From Chloropicon primus (Eukaryota), in NCBI GenBank assembly GCA_023205875.1, contig CP060761.1:806001-860321 (forward strand): DNA of 54,321 nt, in the 5' to 3' direction. This document shows positions 54,004 through 54,321 of this stretch, one piece after another. The notes under the pieces are model-generated. The model searched no databases, was not told the origin of the DNA, and saw nothing but the letters and a program-made list of their open reading frames with translations. Position 1 is the stretch's first letter. Each line of letters opens with the position of its first letter. The translations under genes were made by a program, and so were the position numbers.

Positions 54004-54321
54004 GGTTTAGGTTTTAGGTTTTAGGTTTTAGGTTTTAGGTTTAGGTTTTAGGTTTTAGGTTTTTAGGTTTTAGGTTTAGGTTTTTAGGGTTTAGGTTTTA
54101 GGTTTTAGGTTTTAGGGTTTAGGTTTTAGGTTTTAGGTTTAGGTTTTAGGTTTAGGTTTTAGGTTTAGGTTTAGGTTTTAGGTTTAGGTTTAGGTTTAGG
54201 TTTTAGGTTTAGGTTTGGGTTTAGGTTTTAGGTTTAGGTTTAGGTTTAGGTTTAGGTTTAGGTTTAGGTTTGGTTTAGGTTTAGGTTTAGGTTTTAGGTT
54301 TTAGGTTTAGGTTTTAGGTTT
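54001..54321 (+). repeat. Telomere, mixed TTTAGG/TTTTAGG
   Basis: Continuous T3-5AG2-3 array to the end of the window, with the G-rich strand running 5'->3' outward. Confidence 0.97.

Overview
Gene-dense, intron-poor eukaryotic chromosome end, finishing in a TTT(T)AGG telomere at 54001-54321. Plastid-targeted genes (ClpR2, stromal HSP70), GC-rich codons and short GT-AG introns suggest a compact green-algal nuclear genome, possibly Chloropicon-like (inference). Positions 1-34 kb hold mostly housekeeping genes: an AMP-binding enzyme, SFT2, a mitochondrial carrier, MUB, a C2-domain membrane protein, PRP6, ClpR2, CSN2, AHA1, a NOG1-like GTPase, a CDK, plastid HSP70 and condensin II CAP-G2. This part also has an unusual fusion of a ThiE/FZL-like domain to an aromatic amino-acid permease. 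Intergenic regions carry a recurrent palindromic motif and 157-186 bp tandem duplications. The last 20 kb is a candidate subtelomeric surface-glycan modification locus. It has six tandem AT3+SGNH O-acyltransferase copies with near-identical membrane domains but mosaic, variable SGNH domains. These are followed by an exostosin/GT47-like gene behind the same upstream unit and a GT2-like fragment that runs directly into the telomere. All assignments come from motif recognition by eye; no searches were run.
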